The notes under the pieces are model-generated. The model did no database searches. It was not told the origin of the DNA and saw nothing but the letters and a program-made list of their open reading frames with translations. A stretch of DNA of 64,000 nt from a bacterium (GTDB taxonomy: Bacteria; Patescibacteriota; Patescibacteriia; UBA10025). The position numbers and the translations under genes were made by a program. Below, in pieces: positions 8,327-17,263 of this stretch (position 1 is the stretch's first letter; each line of letters opens with the position of its first letter). The stretch is from contig JAKAGM010000001.1 of the NCBI GenBank assembly GCA_021815445.1, positions 235,527 through 299,526 of the forward strand, read 5' to 3'.

Positions 8327-10759
8327 ATGGAGGAAAGAGGGAAACAAACACGTCATCGAAACATCGCCATCCTGCTTCTTGCGGGTATTTTGATAGTGGG
8401 AGCTGTTTTCGTTATGAGCCTGCTTGAACTATGGAAAGCTGCGCACGACGTCGGGGCATCCCAATCATTTATGTTACCGACTGCTTCACTCACGGCGTCT
8501 TTTACATTTGTTGTTGCGGTTGCGATTTTTTTTAGACTTCGTCTTGGCATAGTCCGATCTGCACGGTGGCACGGTAATGGTGCAGGTGCTTCAGGAAAGA
8601 GGGGATTAAGTCTGGTAGAGACACTCATCACCGTAGGCATACTTGCAACGGTAGGCGTTGCACTTCTCGGCACCCTGGTCTCAAGCTTTACGCTTTTGGG
8701 ACGGGCGAAATTGCGCGTGTTAGCGACGGCTGTAGCGACGCGGCAAATGGAGATTCTCCGAAATATGCCCTATGCAAGCCTTGGCACCACGACAGGATGG
8801 CCGAGTGGAAATATTTCTTCTACGCAGACTGTGAGTGAGGGTACCAACAGTTTCACCGTAAAGACCCGCGTGGATTATATTGACGACCCTTTCGACGGGA
8901 ACGCCCAGGGGACGATTCCCGGTAAGCCACGCGACACCGCCCCGACTGATTACAAGCGGGCAGAAGTAACCATACAGTGGGGTAAAAATGAAAGTGTCCA
9001 ACTTTCATCCCGTTTTGCTCCTCCCGGGGTCGAAGCTGACACGGGCACCGGTTCACTTTTTATTCACGTCTTTGGCGCCTACTCTCAGCCGATTCCAAAT
9101 GCAGATGTGCACATTACGAATACAGCGCTGACCCCGCACATTGATATTGCTAATATTACAGATCTGAATGGCGACCTGCAGATTGTCGGTCTTCCCCCGA
9201 GCCAGGGTAGCTATCATATTGTAGTGTCAAAACCCGGGTACTCAACCGATCAAACGTATCCGCCGTCGGCCCAGCTCCCAAATCCCATGCTTGCTGACGT
9301 GTCGGTGAATGCCGGCGATGTTACTCCACTTAGCTTTTCGATTGACGTGACAAGCACGTTGTCAGTACAGACTCTCGCTCAGGATTGTTCAAATGAGGCG
9401 CTTGTCAATTTCAGCCTTCAGGGCACGACGAAGCTCATGGGCACGAATCCCGATACGCCGAAATATTCTCAGACGCTTCAAACTGACGCAAATGGATTAA
9501 AAAATATCACTGACCTAGAATGGGATACTTACACGCTTCTTCTTCAGGAACCGTCTAAGGATATCGCTGGTTATATCCCATATGGTCCGTTGAATATCCT
9601 GCCGAACACGCAGACGACCCTGACGCTCATCCTTGCTCCGAATTCTGCAAACTCCCTACTCGCTACGGTTCGTGACGCAAGTACGAAGCAAACTATTAAT
9701 GACGCCCAAGTTCGACTCACTAAAACCGGATTTGATCAGACGAAGGTTACCGGGAGGGGGTTTTTTACCCAGACGGATTGGTCGGGTGGTCAGGGGCAAA
9801 GCGATTTTACCGATGCGACAAAATATTCTGCTCAAGACGGAAATATTGACGGGACATCAACGACAGGGCAGATTTCACTTTCCACAACGTCAACAACTCC
9901 TGCATTTACTGAAGATTTCGCCTCTGCTGCAAATAAAGATGCCAGCGCGACGACGGCGCGCTGGGACGGCGATGGCATTCTTGAGATTGCCAAAAGCGGT
10001 TCCGATTATCTGGCAAACGGCACGGCTCAGTCAATAAAACTGAATCCTACGAGCGGGTCAGTAATGTCCGCCACGCTCACCGCATCTGAGCAACTTCATG
10101 GACAGACTATTATTTACTCGCTTTCAAATGATGGGGGGAGCACCTTTACCCAAGTGACACCTGGCGTGGAATTGACTTTTCCTCTCGCGGGAAATGATCT
10201 TCGTTTTCGCGGCGACCTGTCTACTAGTGATCCATCTACTACTCCTCAGATTACACAAATACACATCGCATACACAGTCATTGCATATCAGCCGAGCGGA
10301 AACCTTGAATCATCAACATTTGACACAGGATCAGCGAGTGACTTTTCTATACTTTCATGGAACCCTGCTTCCGCACCGCCGGAAACTGGAGCGGGTGCGC
10401 TTCGTTTTCAAATTGCGGCGAATAATGACAAAACAACCTGGAACTATATCGGTCCTGACGGCACCTCGTCAACGTACTTTACGGCAAGCGGGGCTGATGT
10501 TCCCGCCATTCTCGACGGGAATAGGTACATCCGTTATCGGATATTGCTCGGAACGGTAGACAGTTTTTATACGCCTGTCGTCAGCAACATCTCAATCGGG
10601 TACACGTCTGGATGCACGCCCCCGGGGCAGGCGTTTTTTTCCGGCCTTGATGCCGCGACTTATACCATTGATGTCACTCAGCCATCCTATCAGCCTCTGA
10701 CTACTACAGCTGTCGTCAATGGGGACACGATACAGAGTATTTCACTTACGCACTTATAG
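8327..10759 (+). CDS. Giant pilin-like protein (810 aa). A 93-aa hydrophobic N-terminal region is followed by a class III (prepilin) signal G|LSLVE and at least three CarboxypepD_reg/PEGA-like beta-sandwich domains.
   Basis: KRG-LSLVETLITVGILATVGVALL has a Gly at -1 and a Glu at +5. SKPGYSTDQTY and SQPSYQPLTTTAVVNGD are beta-sandwich signatures. Confidence 0.6.
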   Translation: MEERGKQTRHRNIAILLLAGILIVGAVFVMSLLELWKAAHDVGASQSFMLPTASLTASFTFVVAVAIFFRLRLGIVRSARWHGNGAGASGKRGLSLVETLITVGILATVGVALLGTLVSSFTLLGRAKLRVLATAVATRQMEILRNMPYASLGTTTGWPSGNISSTQTVSEGTNSFTVKTRVDYIDDPFDGNAQGTIPGKPRDTAPTDYKRAEVTIQWGKNESVQLSSRFAPPGVEADTGTGSLFIHVFGAYSQPIPNADVHITNTALTPHIDIANITDLNGDLQIVGLPPSQGSYHIVVSKPGYSTDQTYPPSAQLPNPMLADVSVNAGDVTPLSFSIDVTSTLSVQTLAQDCSNEALVNFSLQGTTKLMGTNPDTPKYSQTLQTDANGLKNITDLEWDTYTLLLQEPSKDIAGYIPYGPLNILPNTQTTLTLILAPNSANSLLATVRDASTKQTINDAQVRLTKTGFDQTKVTGRGFFTQTDWSGGQGQSDFTDATKYSAQDGNIDGTSTTGQISLSTTSTTPAFTEDFASAANKDASATTARWDGDGILEIAKSGSDYLANGTAQSIKLNPTSGSVMSATLTASEQLHGQTIIYSLSNDGGSTFTQVTPGVELTFPLAGNDLRFRGDLSTSDPSTTPQITQIHIAYTVIAYQPSGNLESSTFDTGSASDFSILSWNPASAPPETGAGALRFQIAANNDKTTWNYIGPDGTSSTYFTASGADVPAILDGNRYIRYRILLGTVDSFYTPVVSNISIGYTSGCTPPGQAFFSGLDAATYTIDVTQPSYQPLTTTAVVNGDTIQSISLTHL

Positions 10760-10762
10760 CAT

Positions 10763-11365
10763 ATGAAAAGCGCACATCGGGGATTTACATTTATTGAAAT
10801 CATGATTACGCTGGCCATCGCTTCAATTGTCGCGGTAATGGTTTCTTCGTTCTACTCCGAAGGCTTGAGGATATGGAGAATGAACAAGTCGCAGATTGAT
10901 GCCCAAAACCAGGCTCGCGCGGCGCTTAACACACTGGTTACCGAGCTGAGGGAAATGGCACGCGCTGATAATGGCGCGTATCCGTTGGAGTCTGCACAGC
11001 AGAATTCGGTCATTTTTTACAGTAATGTCGATGCTGACTCCGCTAATGAACGTGTGAGGTACTTTTTGAGCGGGACTGATCTAAGAAAAGGGATTATCAA
11101 TCCAGTCGGAACTCCCGCTACGTATCCTGCCGCAAATGAGACTGTAACTGTCGTCGCAAAAGATATTGTCAACACGACTCCAATTTTCTATTACCACCCA
11201 GATACCTACACTGGAAGTGAGGCGCCGATGACATACCCGATTTCTCTCGCCGATGTTCGACTTATACGCATCAACCTATCCGTTGACACAAACGTCAATG
11301 AACTGCCTGCGTCAACAGTAATTGAAACAGCGGTCTCATTGAGAAACCTAAAAGATAATTTATGA
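10763..11365 (+). CDS. Prepilin-type N-terminal cleavage/methylation domain protein (type IV minor pilin/pseudopilin)
   Basis: MKSAHRG|FTFIEIMITLAIASIVAVMV is a canonical class III signal with F+1 and E+5. 200 aa. Confidence 0.75.
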   Translation: MKSAHRGFTFIEIMITLAIASIVAVMVSSFYSEGLRIWRMNKSQIDAQNQARAALNTLVTELREMARADNGAYPLESAQQNSVIFYSNVDADSANERVRYFLSGTDLRKGIINPVGTPATYPAANETVTVVAKDIVNTTPIFYYHPDTYTGSEAPMTYPISLADVRLIRINLSVDTNVNELPASTVIETAVSLRNLKDNL

Positions 11366-12843
11366 TATCGCTAGTTTGCCGTTATTTCAGGAAAAAATCG
11401 TATCCGCGGGGCGTCCAACTCATTACGGCGCTGATGATTGTTTTCGTTATTGGTGTCTTTGGCGTGGCGACCGCGCAATATATCACGAATGAATTTCACC
11501 TTGCCAGTTATAAAATTGATCGTGACACCGCAATGGAGATTGCTGAGTCGGGTGCGGAATATTACCGCTGGCATCTTGCGCACGTTCAGGATGATTTCAA
11601 AGATGGTACGGGGGTTACAGGCCCGTATGTTCATGATTACTATAACGCCCAGGGGGTGCGTATCGGCCAGTTTAGTCTCACTATTACCCCGCCGCCGACA
11701 GGTTCAACTGTTGTAACCATTGCCTCTACGGGATATTTAATTAAAAGCCCGGACCTAAAGCGCACGGTCACTATCCAAATGGGTATTCCGTCATTCAGCC
11801 AATACGCTGTTGTGGCGAATGATGTTATGCGTTTTGGAACGGGAACAGAGGTGTTCGGACCGATACATTCTAACTTTGGAATTCGTTTTGACGGGTTAGC
11901 CCATAACCTTGTGACAAGCTATGTTGCTCAATATCAGGATCCTGACCATGTCGGAGGTCCGGAATTTGGCGTACACACACATATTTCTCCTGTTGACCCA
12001 TACCCCCCGGCGGCGGCCCCAAATAGGCCGGATGTGTTTGCCGCAGGCAGATCATTCCCAGCTTCTTATGTCAATTTTACCGGGATAACAGTCGATTTGG
12101 GCAGAATGCAGACTGACGCTACTGCAAGTGGGATAGCATTGCCGCTTTCAGGCGTTAATGGATACCATGTCAAGATAAATCCCAACGACACCGTTGATAT
12201 TACGATGGTAAGCACATTGGCAACTTGCCAATACAGAACGGGCGGCAGATGGTATTCGGTAGCTGATATTAATTCCATCGGCTCTGAAACATCATTCACT
12301 TATAAAGGACGTTCTTCGCTGGGTATTCCCTTTCCCGCAAATGGCATTATCTTCCTGAGTGATGACGCATGGGTAGATGGGAACATGAACGGTGGACATC
12401 TAACGATTGTGGCGGCCAAGGACCCGCTGGCTTCCGGAACGGCGAATATTTTTATCAATAATAATCTTACGTACACGAACTATGATGGATCCGATACCCT
12501 GGGCTTAATAGCTCAACAAAATATTGGCGTGGGGTATTACAGTGCCGATATATTAAGAATAGATGCTGCGGTAATCGCGCAGAAAGGATGGGTTCGAAGA
12601 TATTATTACCCGCCGCGCACAGCGAGTACATGGAATCCGGCGAACTGCAACCAGTACGTTTATCGTAACACTATCACAACCTTCGGTTCGATCGCCACAA
12701 ACCAACGCTATGGTTTTGCATACACTGACGGAACGGGGTATCAAATACGAAATCTTACTTTTGACGAGAAGCTTCGCTTTGCTCCGCCGCCCTCATTTCC
12801 CACCACCGGCAAATATTCCATTATTTCCTGGCAGGAAAAGTAA
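11362..12843 (+). CDS. PilX/GspK-like minor pilin (493 aa)
   Basis: N-terminal ...YPRG|VQLITALMIVFVIGVFGVATAQY is a pilin-like hydrophobic segment without E+5, as in GspK/PilX. The start overlaps the preceding stop by 4 nt. Confidence 0.5.
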   Translation: MISLVCRYFRKKSYPRGVQLITALMIVFVIGVFGVATAQYITNEFHLASYKIDRDTAMEIAESGAEYYRWHLAHVQDDFKDGTGVTGPYVHDYYNAQGVRIGQFSLTITPPPTGSTVVTIASTGYLIKSPDLKRTVTIQMGIPSFSQYAVVANDVMRFGTGTEVFGPIHSNFGIRFDGLAHNLVTSYVAQYQDPDHVGGPEFGVHTHISPVDPYPPAAAPNRPDVFAAGRSFPASYVNFTGITVDLGRMQTDATASGIALPLSGVNGYHVKINPNDTVDITMVSTLATCQYRTGGRWYSVADINSIGSETSFTYKGRSSLGIPFPANGIIFLSDDAWVDGNMNGGHLTIVAAKDPLASGTANIFINNNLTYTNYDGSDTLGLIAQQNIGVGYYSADILRIDAAVIAQKGWVRRYYYPPRTASTWNPANCNQYVYRNTITTFGSIATNQRYGFAYTDGTGYQIRNLTFDEKLRFAPPPSFPTTGKYSIISWQEK

Positions 12844-13246
12844 GAGCGTGGAACTATAATTTACTGGCTATCACAACGTCATGCGTTGTGGGTAGTTTGT
12901 GTTGACAAAAATATCTGCAGGAGCTACGCTGCCATGTCGGGAAATAGTTCTTTACCAACGAGGGGAATCGAGCGGTTCTAAACAAGGCTCTTCAAAAAAG
13001 AGACTTATCATTAACGGACCACTCATATGTCGCACAATGAGATGGTCCTGGCAGGCGCGCTACTTGTCCTTCTTGTAGCACGACGACCCAGGACACACAC
13101 CAAGAGATCCAAGGGGTTTCTGAGTGTTGCGGCGATAGTGATCGAGTCTGCCTTTTTCTTCGGCGGTCTCATACTTGTTCTCCTCGGACTACGGTAACGG
13201 ATGGGCTCTCATACACGGGTATGGGAGCTTTCTTGTTTCTTGACAC

Positions 13247-13275
13247 TTGACTTTTAATCCTGACCTGCGTACACT
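13247..13275 (+). promoter_or_regulatory. Putative promoter TTGACT (13247-13252), 17 nt spacer, TACACT (13270-13275)
   Basis: Hexamers and spacing read directly. The ATG of the permease gene is at 13291. Confidence 0.4.
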
Positions 13276-13290
13276 GATTTTCTACAAGGT

Positions 13291-14214
13291 ATGTACGGAT
13301 CATTTTTCATCATGTTTGCGGCGCTGCTATGGAGTCTTGACACACTACTCCGCAAACCGCTGACTGACCATCTCATGAGCTCGACGATAGTATTCTACGA
13401 GCATCTTTTCGGGTTCATCCTGCTTTTACCCTTTCTCATCCGCTCGGCGCGAAAGTTTCTCCAACTCAGTAGACGAGAGTGGTTTAGCGTTCTTTTTATA
13501 GCTGTAGGTGGGTCTGCTCTGGCAACGTACTTTTTTACCGCTTCATTCCAATTCGTGTCACCCTCGGTCTCCATCCTTTTACAGAAAGTCCAGCCGATCA
13601 TCGCTATAGTGATGGCGTCGATGCTCCTCAAGGAAAAGATGGCTAAATCATTTTGGGTGTGGGCCCTTGTTTCTCTCATCGGGGGTTACTTTATCTCATT
13701 CCCTAATGGTATACACGATCTTACCGTCCATCAGGCAAAAGGCATCTTCTTCGCTCTTATTGCGGCATTTCTTTGGGGGGGATCAACGGTGATGGGCAGG
13801 CATCTTATTCGTAAGCTGACATTTCCGACAGTCACTGCCCTCCGTATTAGCGTCGCACTTGTTTTTCTCGCTTTTTTTGTCACAGCGCAAAGAACACTCG
13901 GCGAGCTTGCAAAAATCTCGGGGAGAGATGTGCTTTCTCTCGTTTTGATTACGCTTTTTACCGGAACAGGGGCCCTGTTGATTTACTACTATGGACTTAA
14001 GTCGACAAAAGCTTCCGTTGCAACTATTGCTGAGCTTTTCTTTCCGTTATCCGCAGTGGTCGTCAATTGGATTTTCCTTCATGAGACATTGGTCACCATG
14101 CAGATATTGGGGGGCGTCATTCTGCTCCTCGGCATGTACATGGTGCAAAAGACAGGGCGGCGCCCGGTGAAAGATACTCCGCAAGCTCATGAACCGTCAC
14201 CGGTATCCCACTAG
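13291..14214 (+). CDS. EamA/DMT-family transporter
   Basis: 307 aa, 10 predicted TM helices and an EamA-like duplicated architecture. Confidence 0.7.
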   Translation: MYGSFFIMFAALLWSLDTLLRKPLTDHLMSSTIVFYEHLFGFILLLPFLIRSARKFLQLSRREWFSVLFIAVGGSALATYFFTASFQFVSPSVSILLQKVQPIIAIVMASMLLKEKMAKSFWVWALVSLIGGYFISFPNGIHDLTVHQAKGIFFALIAAFLWGGSTVMGRHLIRKLTFPTVTALRISVALVFLAFFVTAQRTLGELAKISGRDVLSLVLITLFTGTGALLIYYYGLKSTKASVATIAELFFPLSAVVVNWIFLHETLVTMQILGGVILLLGMYMVQKTGRRPVKDTPQAHEPSPVSH

Positions 14215-14415
14215 AGGCCATTTACACCTTCCTATGATTTGTGGATTGAGTGTATCCACACTATTTTGGGTAGTTACTCTCATGGAGAAAAGGGGATCTC
14301 TCACTGTTGCGCGAAGGGGTTCTTCGGCTTCGCGTTGCTCGTCTTCAGGACGAAAATCAACCCGTTAGGAGTAATTGCATAAACCTAGGAGGTCTCTCGC
14401 TTTTCGCTCGAGATT

Positions 14416-14460
14416 GAAGGTCAAGTTTGCTTCGCTCACTTGACCTTCGGTTTTTATTCG
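14416..14460 (+). terminator. Rho-independent terminator: 11-bp stem GAAGGTCAAGT / ACTTGACCTTC (14416-14426 and 14438-14448) followed by GGTTTTTATT
   Basis: Perfect 11-bp inverted repeat with an 11-nt loop and a T-run, read directly. Confidence 0.65.
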
Positions 14461-14468
14461 GGTATACT
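14440..14468 (+). promoter_or_regulatory. Promoter TTGACC (14440-14445), 17 nt spacer, TATACT (14463-14468). The -35 lies inside the terminator stem.
   Basis: Hexamers and spacing read directly. Lies upstream of the small ORF and dinB. Confidence 0.5.
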
Positions 14469-14526
14469 GATATTAGGGGGTTTAAGACTGAAAAGAGGGG
14501 ATTTCCGACCCCCTAGAACGCACTAT

Positions 14527-14778
14527 ATGCTCGTAGAAACGCTTCAAGAGCCTATCCGCGTGGTTTGCGACTTTGATAAGGAAAAAGTCCGTCCTTTAGC
14601 GTTTTTACGGGCTGGAAGACGGTATGATATCAAAAGGGTGAACTTGATATACCGGAAACGGTTGGGGACGCGGTTCGTTTGGTGTTTTGCGGTATCCGAC
14701 GGCGCCAACACATACGGATTGACCTACGACCCTGAGACGCTCCTATGGAGCTTGACCGAGATACAAGTAGAGGGGTAA
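14527..14778 (+). CDS. Small hypothetical protein (83 aa) immediately upstream of and co-oriented with dinB
   Basis: ORF MLVETLQEPIRVVCDFDKEKVRPLAFLRAGRRYDIKRVNLIYRKRLGTRFVWCFAVSDGANTYGLTYDPETLLWSLTEIQVEG. The annotated 5' extension (14440-14526) overlaps the terminator and promoter. Confidence 0.4.
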   Translation: MLVETLQEPIRVVCDFDKEKVRPLAFLRAGRRYDIKRVNLIYRKRLGTRFVWCFAVSDGANTYGLTYDPETLLWSLTEIQVEG

Positions 14779-14792
14779 TACCGTAACTGCCA

Positions 14793-16097
14793 ATGGGTAT
14801 GTCATTCCCGCGCATCATCATGCATATAGATATGAATTCATACTTCGCCTCTGTCGAACAGCAGGCGAATCCTGCGCTGCGCGGAAAACCCGTGGGTGTC
14901 GTTGCAACCATGACGCCTCACGGGTGCATTATTGCATCATCGAAAGAGGCAAAGGCCGTCGGTATTAAAACTGGCTGCCGAGTGGATGAAGCGTTTTTTC
15001 TTTACCCGGCAGTCAGACTAGTTCAGGTAGACCCGCCGAAGTACCGTTCGACAACTGAGAAAATTTTCTCCATCCTCCAAAGATACTCGGAGGATATAGA
15101 GCCGTATTCCATCGATGAAGCATTTGTCAACCTCACCGGCTATGCAAAGTCGTTTAACGAAGCGGTAAGGATCGGCCATGAGATCAAGCGGCAGATTTTT
15201 ACTGAGGCGGGGGAATGGCTGACCAATTCTATCGGCATCGCGCCGACGCGGTGGCTGGCAAAATTCGGGTCTGACATTTGTGAGAAAGGCGGGATTATTG
15301 TACTGCACAAAGAAGACGTACGCAGATATCTAGCCGGGCGTGAACTTACCGAAGCATGGGGGATTGCTGAACGGACGGCGTATAAACTTAACTGTCTCGG
15401 CATCACCACTCTTGACGAGCTTGCGGCGTACTCCCCATACGAATTGCAAAGGGTTTTCGGTATACGCGGGTACGAGCTTTGGGCGAATGTTAACGGTGTT
15501 GAGGTATCGAGCCTTCGCTTAGCAGATAATGGTTATCAGGTACCTAAATCCATCGGGCATTCACATGTACTCCGTAAACAAACTCGCAATATCACATTTC
15601 ATCGCGCTGTGATGATGCGTCTTGCAGAACGTACGGGCCGGAAGCTTCGATCACTTGGTCTCCGCGCAAACGGCATCTTTGCCCACGCGGGACTCCATGA
15701 AGGCGGGCATACGGGTGAAAGTCGCAAGCTCGACAGGCCTATCGAAGGTGGGGAGGAAATTTTTCGACTTTCCTGGGGCATGGTAGAAAAAAGCATCCGC
15801 CTGTCAGCGCCATCATTCCTGAGTCTTGGCGTTTTTCGCTTGTCACCGGATACCGGGCAGCGGTCTCTTTTGCCCACCGTAGAGAACACGGTCCTCTCTC
15901 GGGCGCTCGACGCTATCAATGACCGTTTTGGAGAAGAAACAATAGTGCGGGGGACATTGTTCGGTCTTGAAGGCGACCATGCCCCTGACCGTGTCGGGTT
16001 TCGAAAGACGGTTGAACCAGATAGCCGCGGATTGCTTGCTGCATACAAAGAAGAGCAGCGGGAAAGTCGAGATATTTCCTATGAAAAAAGCGAGTAG
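14793..16097 (+). CDS. dinB: DNA polymerase IV (Y-family)
   Basis: IMHIDMNSYFASVEQQANPALRGKPVGVV... and SIDEAFVNLTGY motifs. The start may be at 14820 (MHIDMNSYF). Confidence 0.85.
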   Translation: MGMSFPRIIMHIDMNSYFASVEQQANPALRGKPVGVVATMTPHGCIIASSKEAKAVGIKTGCRVDEAFFLYPAVRLVQVDPPKYRSTTEKIFSILQRYSEDIEPYSIDEAFVNLTGYAKSFNEAVRIGHEIKRQIFTEAGEWLTNSIGIAPTRWLAKFGSDICEKGGIIVLHKEDVRRYLAGRELTEAWGIAERTAYKLNCLGITTLDELAAYSPYELQRVFGIRGYELWANVNGVEVSSLRLADNGYQVPKSIGHSHVLRKQTRNITFHRAVMMRLAERTGRKLRSLGLRANGIFAHAGLHEGGHTGESRKLDRPIEGGEEIFRLSWGMVEKSIRLSAPSFLSLGVFRLSPDTGQRSLLPTVENTVLSRALDAINDRFGEETIVRGTLFGLEGDHAPDRVGFRKTVEPDSRGLLAAYKEEQRESRDISYEKSE

Positions 16098-16099
16098 GT

Positions 16100-17263
16100 G
16101 TGATATACTTAAGTAGGTTAGCTGACATAAATTTTTTCATGACCGAACGGAAATCATTTTACTACGGACTGGCTCTCTTTCTGGGGACCGTGTTCGGAGT
16201 CGGTATTTTTGGATTACCATACGCGGCGAGACAAGCGGGGTTCTGGATTGTTGTTGGCTACTGCGCACTCTTTGCTGGAATCGTATACCTTGTGCACAGG
16301 TACTACGCTGAAATTATCCTCGCGACTCCCGGAAAACACCGGTTTCCGGGATATACGGGCTACTGGCTCGGCGGGCGCTGGAAAGCTGTAGCGGTGATTA
16401 CGACCCTGGTAGGCTTCTACGGAACGCTTCTCGCGTACATTATTGTCGGCGGGACCTTCCTGTCATCATTAATTCATGTATCCCAAAATGTAGGCGTAGG
16501 TCTTTTTTTCGTACTCGGGTCAGGGCTCATTTTCCTCGGGCGCAAATCGATCGGCAAAATCGACCTCGTCCTTCTTAGCATCCTCGTTCTTGTTGTTATT
16601 GCCGGGAGCATACTTGGCTGGGGCAACCTTCACCTGCAGAACCTGTCCCCGGTCCATCTGCAACAGATCATGTTTCCCTATGGTTTGGTCTTTTTCGCTT
16701 TTTGGGGAGGTTCAATCATCCCGGAACTTCGCGACATAACCCAGTCGAGAACCGTTTTTATGAAAGTTCTCCTCGTAGGAGCCGTCGTTTCATTTTGTGT
16801 GTATGTATTTTTCACTTTTTTTATTTTTAGCATCACGGGTTCGTCGACGAGCGAAGAGGGCCTCAAGAGTTTGGAGCTCTTTCTGGGCCACCGCGCTGTT
16901 GTCGTAGGATATATCATCGGCTGTATTACGACATTTACTTCTTTCCTTTCACTCGGGTACGTCCTTAAGAAAATTTACTCACATGACTTTCATCTGTCAA
17001 AAACAGGATCGTGGGCTCTGGTGTGTGCTGTTCCGCTGGTGCTACTTTTTATCGGCTTGCATCAGTTTCTGGGTATCATTGCGTTTATCGGGACAATTGT
17101 CCTTGGAATTGACGCCATGCTACTCTTACTCATGTACAGACGTTATCAGCAGCGGAGAGATGGCGATCGCGGGCCTTCGCTGATTATGTACATTACAGCT
17201 GCGCTTTTAGCCATAGGCGTTGCGAGCGAGATTATCTCCTCTGTCATCAAATTGAAATTATGA
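16100..17263 (+). CDS. Amino-acid permease-like transporter (HAAAP/aromatic amino acid permease-type)
   Basis: About 11 TM helices. N-terminal GVGIFGLPYA motif. The likely true start is MTERKSF at 16139. Confidence 0.45.
   Translation: MIYLSRLADINFFMTERKSFYYGLALFLGTVFGVGIFGLPYAARQAGFWIVVGYCALFAGIVYLVHRYYAEIILATPGKHRFPGYTGYWLGGRWKAVAVITTLVGFYGTLLAYIIVGGTFLSSLIHVSQNVGVGLFFVLGSGLIFLGRKSIGKIDLVLLSILVLVVIAGSILGWGNLHLQNLSPVHLQQIMFPYGLVFFAFWGGSIIPELRDITQSRTVFMKVLLVGAVVSFCVYVFFTFFIFSITGSSTSEEGLKSLELFLGHRAVVVGYIIGCITTFTSFLSLGYVLKKIYSHDFHLSKTGSWALVCAVPLVLLFIGLHQFLGIIAFIGTIVLGIDAMLLLLMYRRYQQRRDGDRGPSLIMYITAALLAIGVASEIISSVIKLKL

Noticed and set aside
12844-13290. Possible tRNA or other ncRNA in the largest intergenic gap, and in gaps at 20105-20221, 53864-54069 and 62066-62216
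   Set aside because: No GTTCRANYC T-loop, no D-loop GG motif and no cloverleaf-compatible inverted repeats were found. Only terminator-like hairpins and promoter hexamers were seen.
14440-14526. The first 29 codons of ORF 14440-14778 (MTFGFYSGILILGGLRLKRGDFRPPRTHY)
   Set aside because: This stretch coincides with the terminator 3' arm, the T-run and the -10 box. The start was moved to ATG 14527.
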